DNA from: a bacterium
Lineage (GTDB): Bacteria; SAR324; XYD2-FULL-50-16
NCBI GenBank assembly: GCA_032250835.1
Contig: JAVVEA010000006.1
Coordinates: forward strand, 1 to 64,000
Direction: 5' to 3'
DNA length: 64,000 nt
In this document: positions 9,976 to 17,839 of the stretch, one piece after another
How the letters are laid out: each line of letters opens with the position of its first letter
Position numbering within the stretch: position 1 is the stretch's first letter
Translations under genes and position numbers: made by a program
The notes under the pieces: model-generated
Told to the model about the DNA's origin: nothing
The model's database searches: none
The model's input: only the letters and a program-made list of their open reading frames with translations

Positions 9976-11286
9976 GTGATGATCCCATTTTCCTTTTCTA
10001 GGCAGTTCTTGCTTCTGTTGGTGGGCCTTTTTTGGGCCAGCAGTTCGACCCTCTGGGCCGAGCAGTTTAAAGGTAAGATCACCTCGATCTCCAAAAAAGC
10101 GCAGGTGATCCAGCTCAAGGTGGGCAAGGAAACCCGCGCGGTTAAGTATTCTGCCGACACCAAGTGGGTCCAGGCCAGCTCCATCAAAGACCTGATCGTT
10201 AACGACAGCATTGTGGTGGACGCTGAGCCCGGTCAGGCGGCCAAACAGATCGAACGTAAGGTCGTTAAGCTGCCCAAGGGCTGGCTGATCGAGCGCGAAG
10301 AGTTGCAACAGTTGCTTGCCAAAGGCCAAGCAACTATGATTGATTCGCGCCCTCCTGCCCGCTACAACGAAGGCCACATCCCTGGGGCCTTGGGCATCTT
10401 CGCTGATCACTTGGCCAAAGATCCTAGCCTTTTACCATCTGATAAGAATGCGCTGTTGGTCTTTTATTGCGGTGGCCTGACCTGTGGCTTGAGCCCTAAA
10501 TCGGCCAAAATTGCCGCCAAGGCGGGCTATAAAAACTTGCGGGTCTATTCGGCAGGTATGCCCGACTGGAAAAAGGCCGGATTACCCGTTGAGGTCAAAG
10601 CCGCTTGGCTGGCCAAGAACCTAGGGTCCCATCTGGTGGTGCTCGACGCACGCGAACCGGCGGCCCAACAGGCCGGACACATCAAGGGGGCGGTAGGCCA
10701 GACACCAACGCAGATGGCCGCCTTAGACCAAGATTTTGCCGCTAAGAAGCTGCCTGGGGATCAGTGGAGATTGCCGGGCCTAGCGGACAAAGGTGCTTTG
10801 GTGGTGGTGTACAGCGACCAATATGCCGACCCCGCCGCCCAGTATGCCTTTAAGTACCTTAAGCGCTGGCAGTACAAAAACCCGGCGATCTTGGCCGAAG
10901 GCTTTGCGGGCTGGGAAAAAGCTGGATTCCCGGTCCAAACCGGGGCGACCGCGACGGTGGCCCGATATGTAAAGAAATTGGCACCTGGGGCGATACCTGT
11001 AGCAAAATTCAAGAGCCAAGTTGCCGCTGGGGTAACCGTTTTGGATGTGCGTGAAGACAGCGAAGTCCAAGCCGGGGCGATCAAAGGCTCCATCCATATG
11101 CCCTTGAGTCAGTTGGATGCAGGCCTAGCTAAACTGGACAAAACCAAACCCTTGCTGATCCATTGCAGCACCGGCGTACGCGCTGAAATGGCCTATCAGA
11201 CCTTAAAGAAACAAGGCTTTAAGCAGGCTCGTTTTTTAAACGAAACGATCAACATCAACTCGGACGGAAGTTTTAACATCGAGTGA
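9976..11286 (+). CDS. exported triple-domain rhodanese/sulfurtransferase
   Basis: Signal peptide; GHIPGA, GHIKGA, GAIKGS; loops YCGGLTC and HCSTGVR; middle domain lacks Cys. Confidence 0.9.
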   Translation: MMIPFSFSRQFLLLLVGLFWASSSTLWAEQFKGKITSISKKAQVIQLKVGKETRAVKYSADTKWVQASSIKDLIVNDSIVVDAEPGQAAKQIERKVVKLPKGWLIEREELQQLLAKGQATMIDSRPPARYNEGHIPGALGIFADHLAKDPSLLPSDKNALLVFYCGGLTCGLSPKSAKIAAKAGYKNLRVYSAGMPDWKKAGLPVEVKAAWLAKNLGSHLVVLDAREPAAQQAGHIKGAVGQTPTQMAALDQDFAAKKLPGDQWRLPGLADKGALVVVYSDQYADPAAQYAFKYLKRWQYKNPAILAEGFAGWEKAGFPVQTGATATVARYVKKLAPGAIPVAKFKSQVAAGVTVLDVREDSEVQAGAIKGSIHMPLSQLDAGLAKLDKTKPLLIHCSTGVRAEMAYQTLKKQGFKQARFLNETININSDGSFNIE

Positions 11287-11295
11287 TCCCCACCT

Positions 11296-11323
11296 AGGGG
11301 CCAAATTCTTTGGCCCCTTCTTT
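11296..11323 (+). terminator. intrinsic terminator of the psr operon
   Basis: AGGGGCCAA/TTGGCCCCT hairpin followed by TCTTT. Confidence 0.65.
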
Positions 11324-11684
11324 CCTATCCCCACTCTGGGGAAATTGCCGCAGGTTTATTTTCTTATATAAGTTGTTAACTCGATCTTAATTTAAGGAAA
11401 AAACCGTTTATTTGGCCGTTATCTGATCTTCTTATCAACAAAGCAAACTCGACAAGCCGCCGATTTTTCTCTGAATTGTAGTTTTTTATTTGATAAAAAA
11501 CAGTCGGATAGGCATACGTGACCGGAACGTAATATTCAAATGATGCAATAAAAAAATTGGGGTCAACGCTATATTTTTTTGACATTTATTTTTTTTTGGC
11601 GTTAAACTCGGGCCAAATTTTCTATTGTTTTCCTGTCAACCCGGAGCGGTCCGGGCACAATCAACCATAAACCCGTGGGGTTCT

Positions 11685-12914
11685 ATGAAGAAACTTTTGA
11701 TCTTGGGTGCCGGATGCGCCGGCACCATGGTGGCCAACAAGTTACGCAAACGCCTGGACGAGAACGAATGGTCCATCACCATTATCGACAAAGACGATAA
11801 ACACATCTACCAGCCCGGCCTGTTGTTTGTGCCCTTTGGTGTCTACCAGCCTAAAGACGTGGTCCGCTCTCGCACCGAGTTCATCGGCAAGGGGATCAAA
11901 TTTGTCCAGGCCGAGATCACCAAGATGGACCCTAAAGGCCAAAAGGTTGAGACCACTGCAGGAAATTTCGATTACGACAAAGTGATCGTCGCTACCGGTG
12001 TCTACATCAACCCCGAAGAGGTTGACGGCTTGATGGAAGGCTGGGGCAAAAACGCCTTTGACTTCTATACCTTAGAAGGCGCTACGGCGCTTTCAAAAGC
12101 GCTGCGCGAGTTCCAGGGCGGCAAGTTGGTCTTGGATATCGCCGAGATGCCCTTTAAGTGCCCTGTGGCTCCTCTTGAATTCGTTTATTTGGCTGATTGG
12201 TACTTCACCGAGCGCGGCATCCGTGACAAAGTAGAAATCCGCCTAGTCACCCCGCTGCCCGGCGCGTTCACCAAGCCGAAGGCGACCGCTTTCTTCACCG
12301 AGTTGATCGAGAAGAAAAACATCAAGATCACCCCCAACTTCGATCTGATGGAAGTGGACTGTAAGGGGCAGAAGATCATCGCCGCCAACGGTGCCGAAGA
12401 GCCCTTCGACTTATTGGTTTCCATCCCGCCGAACCTGGGCGCTCGTTTCTTGGTTGAGTCCGGCGTGTCTTTGGACGAAGTGGGTTACGTCAACACCGAC
12501 AAAAACACCCTCAAGGCCGCTAACCACGACAACATGTTTGTCGTCGGCGACGGTTCGAACCTGCCCACCTCTAAGGCTGGTTCGGTGGCCCACTTCTCGG
12601 CTGAAGTGATGGTAGAAAACTTCATGCGTGAAGTACATGGCGAGCCGCTCAAGCCTGAGTTCGACGGCCATGCAAACTGCTTCATCGAGACGGGCTTCGA
12701 GAAAGCCGCTTTGATCGACTTTAACTACGACTTTGAGCCGCTGCCCGGCAAGTTCCCCCTTCCCGGCCTGGGCCCCTTCTCTTTGTTGCAGGAATCTAAG
12801 GCAAACCACTGGGGCAAGTTGATGTTCAAGTGGGTCTACTGGAACAAGCTGATCACTGGCGACGAGCTGCCGCTGGAAGCACAACTGAACCTGGCTGGTA
12901 AACTGCAAGACTAG
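11685..12914 (+). CDS. sqr: sulfide:quinone oxidoreductase-like flavoprotein (type III/SqrC-like)
   Basis: GAGCAG FAD loop; YQPGLLF; FKCPVAP and HANCFIE cysteines; WGKLMFKWVYW C-terminal helix. Confidence 0.85.
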   Translation: MKKLLILGAGCAGTMVANKLRKRLDENEWSITIIDKDDKHIYQPGLLFVPFGVYQPKDVVRSRTEFIGKGIKFVQAEITKMDPKGQKVETTAGNFDYDKVIVATGVYINPEEVDGLMEGWGKNAFDFYTLEGATALSKALREFQGGKLVLDIAEMPFKCPVAPLEFVYLADWYFTERGIRDKVEIRLVTPLPGAFTKPKATAFFTELIEKKNIKITPNFDLMEVDCKGQKIIAANGAEEPFDLLVSIPPNLGARFLVESGVSLDEVGYVNTDKNTLKAANHDNMFVVGDGSNLPTSKAGSVAHFSAEVMVENFMREVHGEPLKPEFDGHANCFIETGFEKAALIDFNYDFEPLPGKFPLPGLGPFSLLQESKANHWGKLMFKWVYWNKLITGDELPLEAQLNLAGKLQD

Positions 12915-12925
12915 GAGGTCTGTCC

Positions 12926-13636
12926 ATGACGAACGAAGAAAAAATCCTCGCTAAGCTCGATGAGCTGACCGAGGCCGTCGCCGAGGCTCGGCGCGCCGTT
13001 CGCCCCATGTCGGACCTGAAGAAGGACATGGAGCCGGTGATGCGCCAGCTGGTGGATGAGGCCATCTCGAAGCTGGGCGGCGTGAATGTCGATGCAGAAG
13101 ACGTGGGTCGTCTGGTCGGTGCTACGTTAGGCTCCGCTGGTAACCTCGCCGAAGGGGTGAAAACCCTGAACGCTTTACTGGACCTCAAACAAGACATGGT
13201 GCCGGTCACCAAGCAGGCCTTTAACGAGATCATCCATGGGTTGGACTCAGTAGGCCATGGCTTTGACTCAGACGCTCTGTTTTTGCTCCTGCGCCAGACG
13301 GTACTTAACTTAGGCAACTTGGCCGAAGGCTTAAAGACCCTTAATGCGGTAATGGAATTCAAGGAAGACGCTTCGGACATCTCCAAAATGGCGATGGACA
13401 TGGCGATCGACCAGCTAGAATCCCTCAAGCAGAAGGGCGTCTTTGAAGGTTTGGCCAACTTGGCTACGGTGGGCGAGAAATTGGCCGGAGCGGCTAAAGA
13501 CCTGGATTTTTCTCAGGTCAAGCCGATCACTGGGGTCTTTGGAATGCTCGGAGCGCTTAAGGACCCCAAGGTCCAAAAGGGCTTGGGCGTGGCCATCTAT
13601 ATGGCCGGTCTTTTGGGTGCCGTCGCCGAAGATTAA
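12926..13636 (+). CDS. DUF1641-family helical protein
   Basis: C-terminal KPITGVFGMLGALKDPKVQKGLG signature; follows sqr; AGGAGG RBS. Confidence 0.85.
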   Translation: MTNEEKILAKLDELTEAVAEARRAVRPMSDLKKDMEPVMRQLVDEAISKLGGVNVDAEDVGRLVGATLGSAGNLAEGVKTLNALLDLKQDMVPVTKQAFNEIIHGLDSVGHGFDSDALFLLLRQTVLNLGNLAEGLKTLNAVMEFKEDASDISKMAMDMAIDQLESLKQKGVFEGLANLATVGEKLAGAAKDLDFSQVKPITGVFGMLGALKDPKVQKGLGVAIYMAGLLGAVAED

Positions 13637-13701
13637 CCCCCTTCGGCTCGCCCCAAATTCCCGCGTGGCTCTATGACACGCGGGCGTTCTCCTGATAAAA
13701 G

Positions 13702-13992
13702 AAAAAAATCCCGCAGTCGGACGCTTGGCCGATTGCGGGATTTTTTTTGCATCCAGCAGCGCCGAACGCTGTCAGACCAAAACCGCAGGAGCAGCCAACT
13801 TTCTCGCTTTTCTGAGCTTTGTGCTTCCAATGAGCCTGAAAAGAAGGGGTGTTGGCTTCGCCAACGGCTTAGGCTGCACAACCGCCGCACGGCTCGCGTC
13901 GTCACACACGTCGCCCTCGGCTTGCGGCCTCGAAGCTCCTTAGTGAACAAAAAAAATCCCGCCCCAGGCGCTTGGGCCGGAGGCGGGATTTT
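13702..13992. repeat. two similar terminator hairpins flanking a nested palindromic element
   Basis: AAAAAAATCCCGC...CGCTTGG(G)CCG...GCGGGATTTT at 13702-13748 and 13949-13992; AGGAGC/GCTCCT and AGCCAAC/GTTGGCT nested between them. Confidence 0.6.
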
Positions 13993-14032
13993 GAGGGGGT
14001 CCACGGAGTTTTAAGGCTCCCAGAAGACTAGC

Positions 14033-14269
14033 TTATTTGACTTGGATCCACCAAAGATACTCGCCACCGGCTTCTTCGGTTTTTAAGATCGGGTTGCCGG
14101 TGCGCTCGCTCCAAGAGGGCATATCTTTGTTTGAGCCTGGATCGGTGCAAACCATTTTAAGCACTTGGCCGCTGGTCATGGCCTGAACCGCTTTCTTGGT
14201 TTTCAGTACCGGCAGCGGGCAGCCGAGCCCGCGGCAGTCCAATTCTTGATCTACTTTGATGTCGTTCAT
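14033..14269 (-). CDS. tusA: TusA sulfur carrier
   Basis: LDCRGLGCPLP and TDPGS motifs; start at MNDIK. Confidence 0.95.
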   Translation of the reverse strand: MNDIKVDQELDCRGLGCPLPVLKTKKAVQAMTSGQVLKMVCTDPGSNKDMPSWSERTGNPILKTEEAGGEYLWWIQVK

Positions 14270-14300
14270 CGTTAATCCTGGTTGGTAAGTTGGTACGCGA

Positions 14301-14810
14301 TTAGATAAATAGTTGAATATCTGCTTCTGCGGCAAAATCCAAGAAGTTGGCCGCTCCTGCGTATTCGATGCCTTCGATAAAGTCTTCTTTCTTGAAGCCA
14401 AAGACGTCCATGGTCATTTGGCAGGCGATATACTCCACGCCTACATCCGTACAGAGTTCGCGCAGCTCTTCGATAGTGGCGACGCCGTGTTTTTTGAAGG
14501 TTTGTTTCATCAAGTTGGTTGCCACGGATTCGAAACCGGGCACACCAGCCATCAAGGCGTTGGGGATCGGCCAGTTGATCTTTTGGAACCATTCGGGACC
14601 GAAGGGCATAGCCATCGGCATCGAGGGGTTCCCCAAAGGAGAAACCTGAGCCTCGATCTTCTGCTTAAGCAGCGGGAGGCCGTAAAAGGTGAAAAAGATT
14701 TTCACTTCCATATCCATCGCCGCAGCGGCGCTGGCCAGGATAAAGGGCGGATAGGCCCAATCCAGGGTGCCCTTCGAAGCGATCAGGGCCATTTTTTTCG
14801 GCTCAGCCAT
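14301..14810 (-). CDS. dsrE2: DsrE2-family sulfurtransferase
   Basis: KGTLDWAYPPFILAS, FFTFYGL, IACQMTMD. Confidence 0.9.
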   Translation of the reverse strand: MAEPKKMALIASKGTLDWAYPPFILASAAAAMDMEVKIFFTFYGLPLLKQKIEAQVSPLGNPSMPMAMPFGPEWFQKINWPIPNALMAGVPGFESVATNLMKQTFKKHGVATIEELRELCTDVGVEYIACQMTMDVFGFKKEDFIEGIEYAGAANFLDFAAEADIQLFI

Positions 14811-14834
14811 AAGTTCCTCCTTTTGGGGTTGCCG

Positions 14835-15128
14835 TTAAAGCCAGGCGTTCACCTGGTGGGTTTCGACTAATTCAACAAAACCATCATAGTCGATTTGAGT
14901 AACCCCTTCGACTACCCGCCGGATGCCGCGCGCGGCTAAGTCACCGGCTAGGGCGTATACGGGGTTGTTATTCATAGCCCCGGTAAGGGCTGATTCGAAC
15001 TTCGAGCCTGCCTGTGCAGCCAAAACGCCGTCTTCAATCAGCAGTAGCGGATCGTTGGCTTGGACGCAGCGCAAGGCATGCTCTAAGCTGTCTGACGAAA
15101 AGGGTGACTTGTTGATCGTATGTAACAT
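14835..15128 (-). CDS. dsrH: DsrH/TusB
   Basis: MLHTINKSP, LLIEDGV, DLAARG, IDYDGFVEL. Confidence 0.95.
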   Translation of the reverse strand: MLHTINKSPFSSDSLEHALRCVQANDPLLLIEDGVLAAQAGSKFESALTGAMNNNPVYALAGDLAARGIRRVVEGVTQIDYDGFVELVETHQVNAWL

Positions 15129-15143
15129 CTGGGCTCCTTTAGT

Positions 15144-15512
15144 TTAGTGCGGGACAATCACATCTTGCTGGCTCATCAGCTGGCCGATGGCCGCTGAATC
15201 CAGCACCTCGACCTCGACAAAGAGGTCCTCTTCGCTCAGTCCGCGCTCTTCTAAGGACTGTTTGTCAGTATACAGCTTTTCTACGTCATAGTCTTCTAAA
15301 ACCCCCAGGGTTTTCATGAAGCCTTTGATGCCGATCCCGGCGGTGTCTTGGTCTTTCATTAGGTTAAAGACCCCGTCGCCCATGAAACACATGCTGATGT
15401 CTTGGTCGTAGGCGGCCATGATCAAGACCATCTCTAGACCTTCGTAGGCGTAGATCGTACCGTGCGGTGCTTTGCGGACCACGTGCATAATTTTTTTAAC
15501 GTCTTCGCTCAT
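15144..15512 (-). CDS. dsrF: DsrF/TusC
   Basis: RKAPHGTIYAYEGLE, FMGDGVF, SLEERGL. Confidence 0.95.
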   Translation of the reverse strand: MSEDVKKIMHVVRKAPHGTIYAYEGLEMVLIMAAYDQDISMCFMGDGVFNLMKDQDTAGIGIKGFMKTLGVLEDYDVEKLYTDKQSLEERGLSEEDLFVEVEVLDSAAIGQLMSQQDVIVPH

Positions 15513-15520
15513 GTTTGCCT

Positions 15521-15877
15521 CTAATCGCCAAAGGTTACCAACCGGTCAACCCGGATGGCGATGTCGGTCAGTTGGCCTAGACCGGTGATGGTAGCCCCTT
15601 CAAGTAGGACCTCTTCGTTGATGCCGCGGCGCTTGGCGGCAGCAATGCAGGAAAGGATTTCCACCCCTTCTTTGGCCAACTCGGTCCAACGAGCGCCCAC
15701 ATGGCGGTCGTCTTGGGGCGGGTCCATATGTTTGGTGGCATTGTTCACGCCATCGTTGTATAAGAAGACGGCTTCTACTTCATGGCCGCGTTTTCGGGCG
15801 GCTTGTATAAAGTGATAGGCCGTGTCGGCGGCTTGGTGGTTATAGGGGCCTTCCTTTAGGAGAATGCCAATTTTCAT
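15521..15877 (-). CDS. dsrE: DsrE/TusD
   Basis: EGPYNHQA, FLYNDGV, active Cys in SCIAAAKRRG, GLGQL; start at MKIGIL. Confidence 0.95.
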   Translation of the reverse strand: MKIGILLKEGPYNHQAADTAYHFIQAARKRGHEVEAVFLYNDGVNNATKHMDPPQDDRHVGARWTELAKEGVEILSCIAAAKRRGINEEVLLEGATITGLGQLTDIAIRVDRLVTFGD

Positions 15878-16127
15878 CTGTTCCCTCTTGAGCAGGTGGG
15901 GTTTCATTCCCTTACCAGAGTATATGTATATGGGAATATGCCATTGGTCCGGTATTTTGGTTTTACCCTTACAGAAAGTCAAATTATTTTCAAAAATTTT
16001 TTCTTTCAAGCAGCGGAATTTCTTGTTTTCCCTGATCAGGCCCGAATCCCGATCAGTTTACCAACTTAAGAATCAACCGAATCACCTTTGACGGGTCTGT
16101 AGTCCCCTAGCAGCCATTTTTTTTTGT

Positions 16128-16156
16128 TTGACAGCCTACAAACCCTCTGGTAGTCC
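16128..16156 (+). promoter_or_regulatory. candidate sigma70 promoter of the second molybdoenzyme operon
   Basis: TTGACA 16128-16133, 17-nt spacer, TG-G-TAGTCC as a weak extended -10. Confidence 0.45.
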
Positions 16157-16268
16157 TGCTATGTCTAAATATTCAAATATCGCTACATAGCGGACCCCCA
16201 GCCGGGGACGCTATAGCGTGGCCCCCCTTGGGAAACCATCACCCCAAAAGCCCCTAGTAGAGGAGCCC

Positions 16269-17831
16269 ATGAACTACGGCTTTTTGATCAACAACTCGAA
16301 ATGCATCGGCTGTCACGCCTGTTCGACGGCCTGCAAGAGTGAAAACCAAGTTGCCTTGGGTGTGTTCCGCACCTGGGTGAAGTACACCGAGGTGGGCAAC
16401 TACCCGAACGTGAAACGCAACTTCCAGGTGAACCGCTGTAACCACTGCGCAAATCCCCCCTGTGTGGAGATTTGCCCGGTTACGGCCATGCACCAGCGCG
16501 AAGACGGCATCGTCGGTTACGACTCGGATCTTTGTATTGGTTGTAAGTCCTGCATGCAGGCCTGCCCCTACGATTCGATCCACATCGACCCGGTCACCAA
16601 GACCGCCCAGAAGTGTCATTATTGTGCGCACCGGGTGGAAAACGGGATGGAGCCTTCTTGCGTGGTTGTCTGCCCGCAGCATGCCATTGTGGCAGGCGAC
16701 CTGGACGACCCCAACAGTGAGTTGTCCAAAGAGATTGCCAAGAACGCGGTCACCGTCCGCAAGCCCGAACAGGGCACGGGCCCCAAGCTCTTTTACGTAG
16801 ACGGGCACCAAGCCGCCTTGACCCCCATGGTCACCGAAGGCCGCTCGAAGCATTTTATTTGGGGCGACGTGGTCAGCGAGAAGTTGACCGACGCCCACAT
16901 CCCCGAAGAGCCGGTATTGTACTTCGGCCAGGGTGAACAGATGGTCCAGACCACCTTCAATGCCCAGCACAAGGTGCCCTGGCATTGGCAGGTTCCGGCC
17001 TACTTGACCACCAAGGGCATCGCTTCGGGTGCCTTTATGTTGATGGCCGCGTTCAGCATTTACGGCTGGGGCGGCGCGCACCATGCCTTGGGTGCCGCCA
17101 GTAAGCTGACTGCTGGTTTCTTGGCTGTGGTCTTCTCACTGCTGACCACGGTCTTCTTGGTTTGGGACTTAGACCGACCCGAGCGTTTTTTAAGGGTGAT
17201 CTTGCGGCCCCAGTTTAAATCTTGGCTGGTACGCGGTGCCTTTATCTTGATTGGCTTCTCCAACTTGGTGGGCCTTTGGTGGGTCGTCGAACTGGCGGCC
17301 AGCCTGGGCTTTATCGAGGCCACCCCGGTTTGGTTGGAAGCTCTGGCTATTTATTTGGGCTTCCCGCTGGCCATTGGGGCGGCTATTTACACCGCCTTCT
17401 TGTTTGGTCAGGCCGAAGGGCGCGACTTTTGGCAGAGCCCTCTGCTCCCCTTCCACTTCTTGACCCAGGCTATTATGGCCGGGGGTGCCGGTTTGCTGGT
17501 CGCCAATCAAGTGGTGGCTTTGGACCCCGCTTTCGCTTCGGTGGCGGCTCATGCCTTTACTCTGGGCTTGGCAGTGAACCTGATGATGATCCTGCTCGGT
17601 GAATTCGGCATGAAGCACCAGACCGAAACGGCAAGTGCCGCGGCGCATATGATCACCAAAGGTGAGTTTAAGAACCTCTTCTGGGGGGGTGCGATCCTCC
17701 TGGGGAACTTGGTCCCCTTCGCTTTGGCTCTAGCGGGCTTTAGCGTACCGGCGGCCCTGTTGGCCCTGGTGGGCCTTTATATTTACGAGCACGTCTTCGT
17801 GCTGGCACCCCAAAAAGTTCCCAATAGCTAG
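16269..17831 (+). CDS. fused 4x[4Fe-4S] domain + NrfD/PsrC membrane domain
   Basis: CIGCHAC, CNHCANPPC, CIGCKSC, KCHYC followed by WHWQVPAYL, DLDRPERF, YTAFLF; start MNYGF after AGGAG. Confidence 0.9.
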   Translation: MNYGFLINNSKCIGCHACSTACKSENQVALGVFRTWVKYTEVGNYPNVKRNFQVNRCNHCANPPCVEICPVTAMHQREDGIVGYDSDLCIGCKSCMQACPYDSIHIDPVTKTAQKCHYCAHRVENGMEPSCVVVCPQHAIVAGDLDDPNSELSKEIAKNAVTVRKPEQGTGPKLFYVDGHQAALTPMVTEGRSKHFIWGDVVSEKLTDAHIPEEPVLYFGQGEQMVQTTFNAQHKVPWHWQVPAYLTTKGIASGAFMLMAAFSIYGWGGAHHALGAASKLTAGFLAVVFSLLTTVFLVWDLDRPERFLRVILRPQFKSWLVRGAFILIGFSNLVGLWWVVELAASLGFIEATPVWLEALAIYLGFPLAIGAAIYTAFLFGQAEGRDFWQSPLLPFHFLTQAIMAGGAGLLVANQVVALDPAFASVAAHAFTLGLAVNLMMILLGEFGMKHQTETASAAAHMITKGEFKNLFWGGAILLGNLVPFALALAGFSVPAALLALVGLYIYEHVFVLAPQKVPNS

Positions 17832-17839
17832 GAGAGACC

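Noticed and set aside
13633-14014. ORFs of 72-123 aa across the intergenic palindromes
   Set aside because: No protein-like composition; they run through terminators
14835-15877. tusBCD for tRNA thiolation
   Set aside because: Context with dsrE2, tusA and dsrL favours dissimilatory dsrEFH, though the families are homologous
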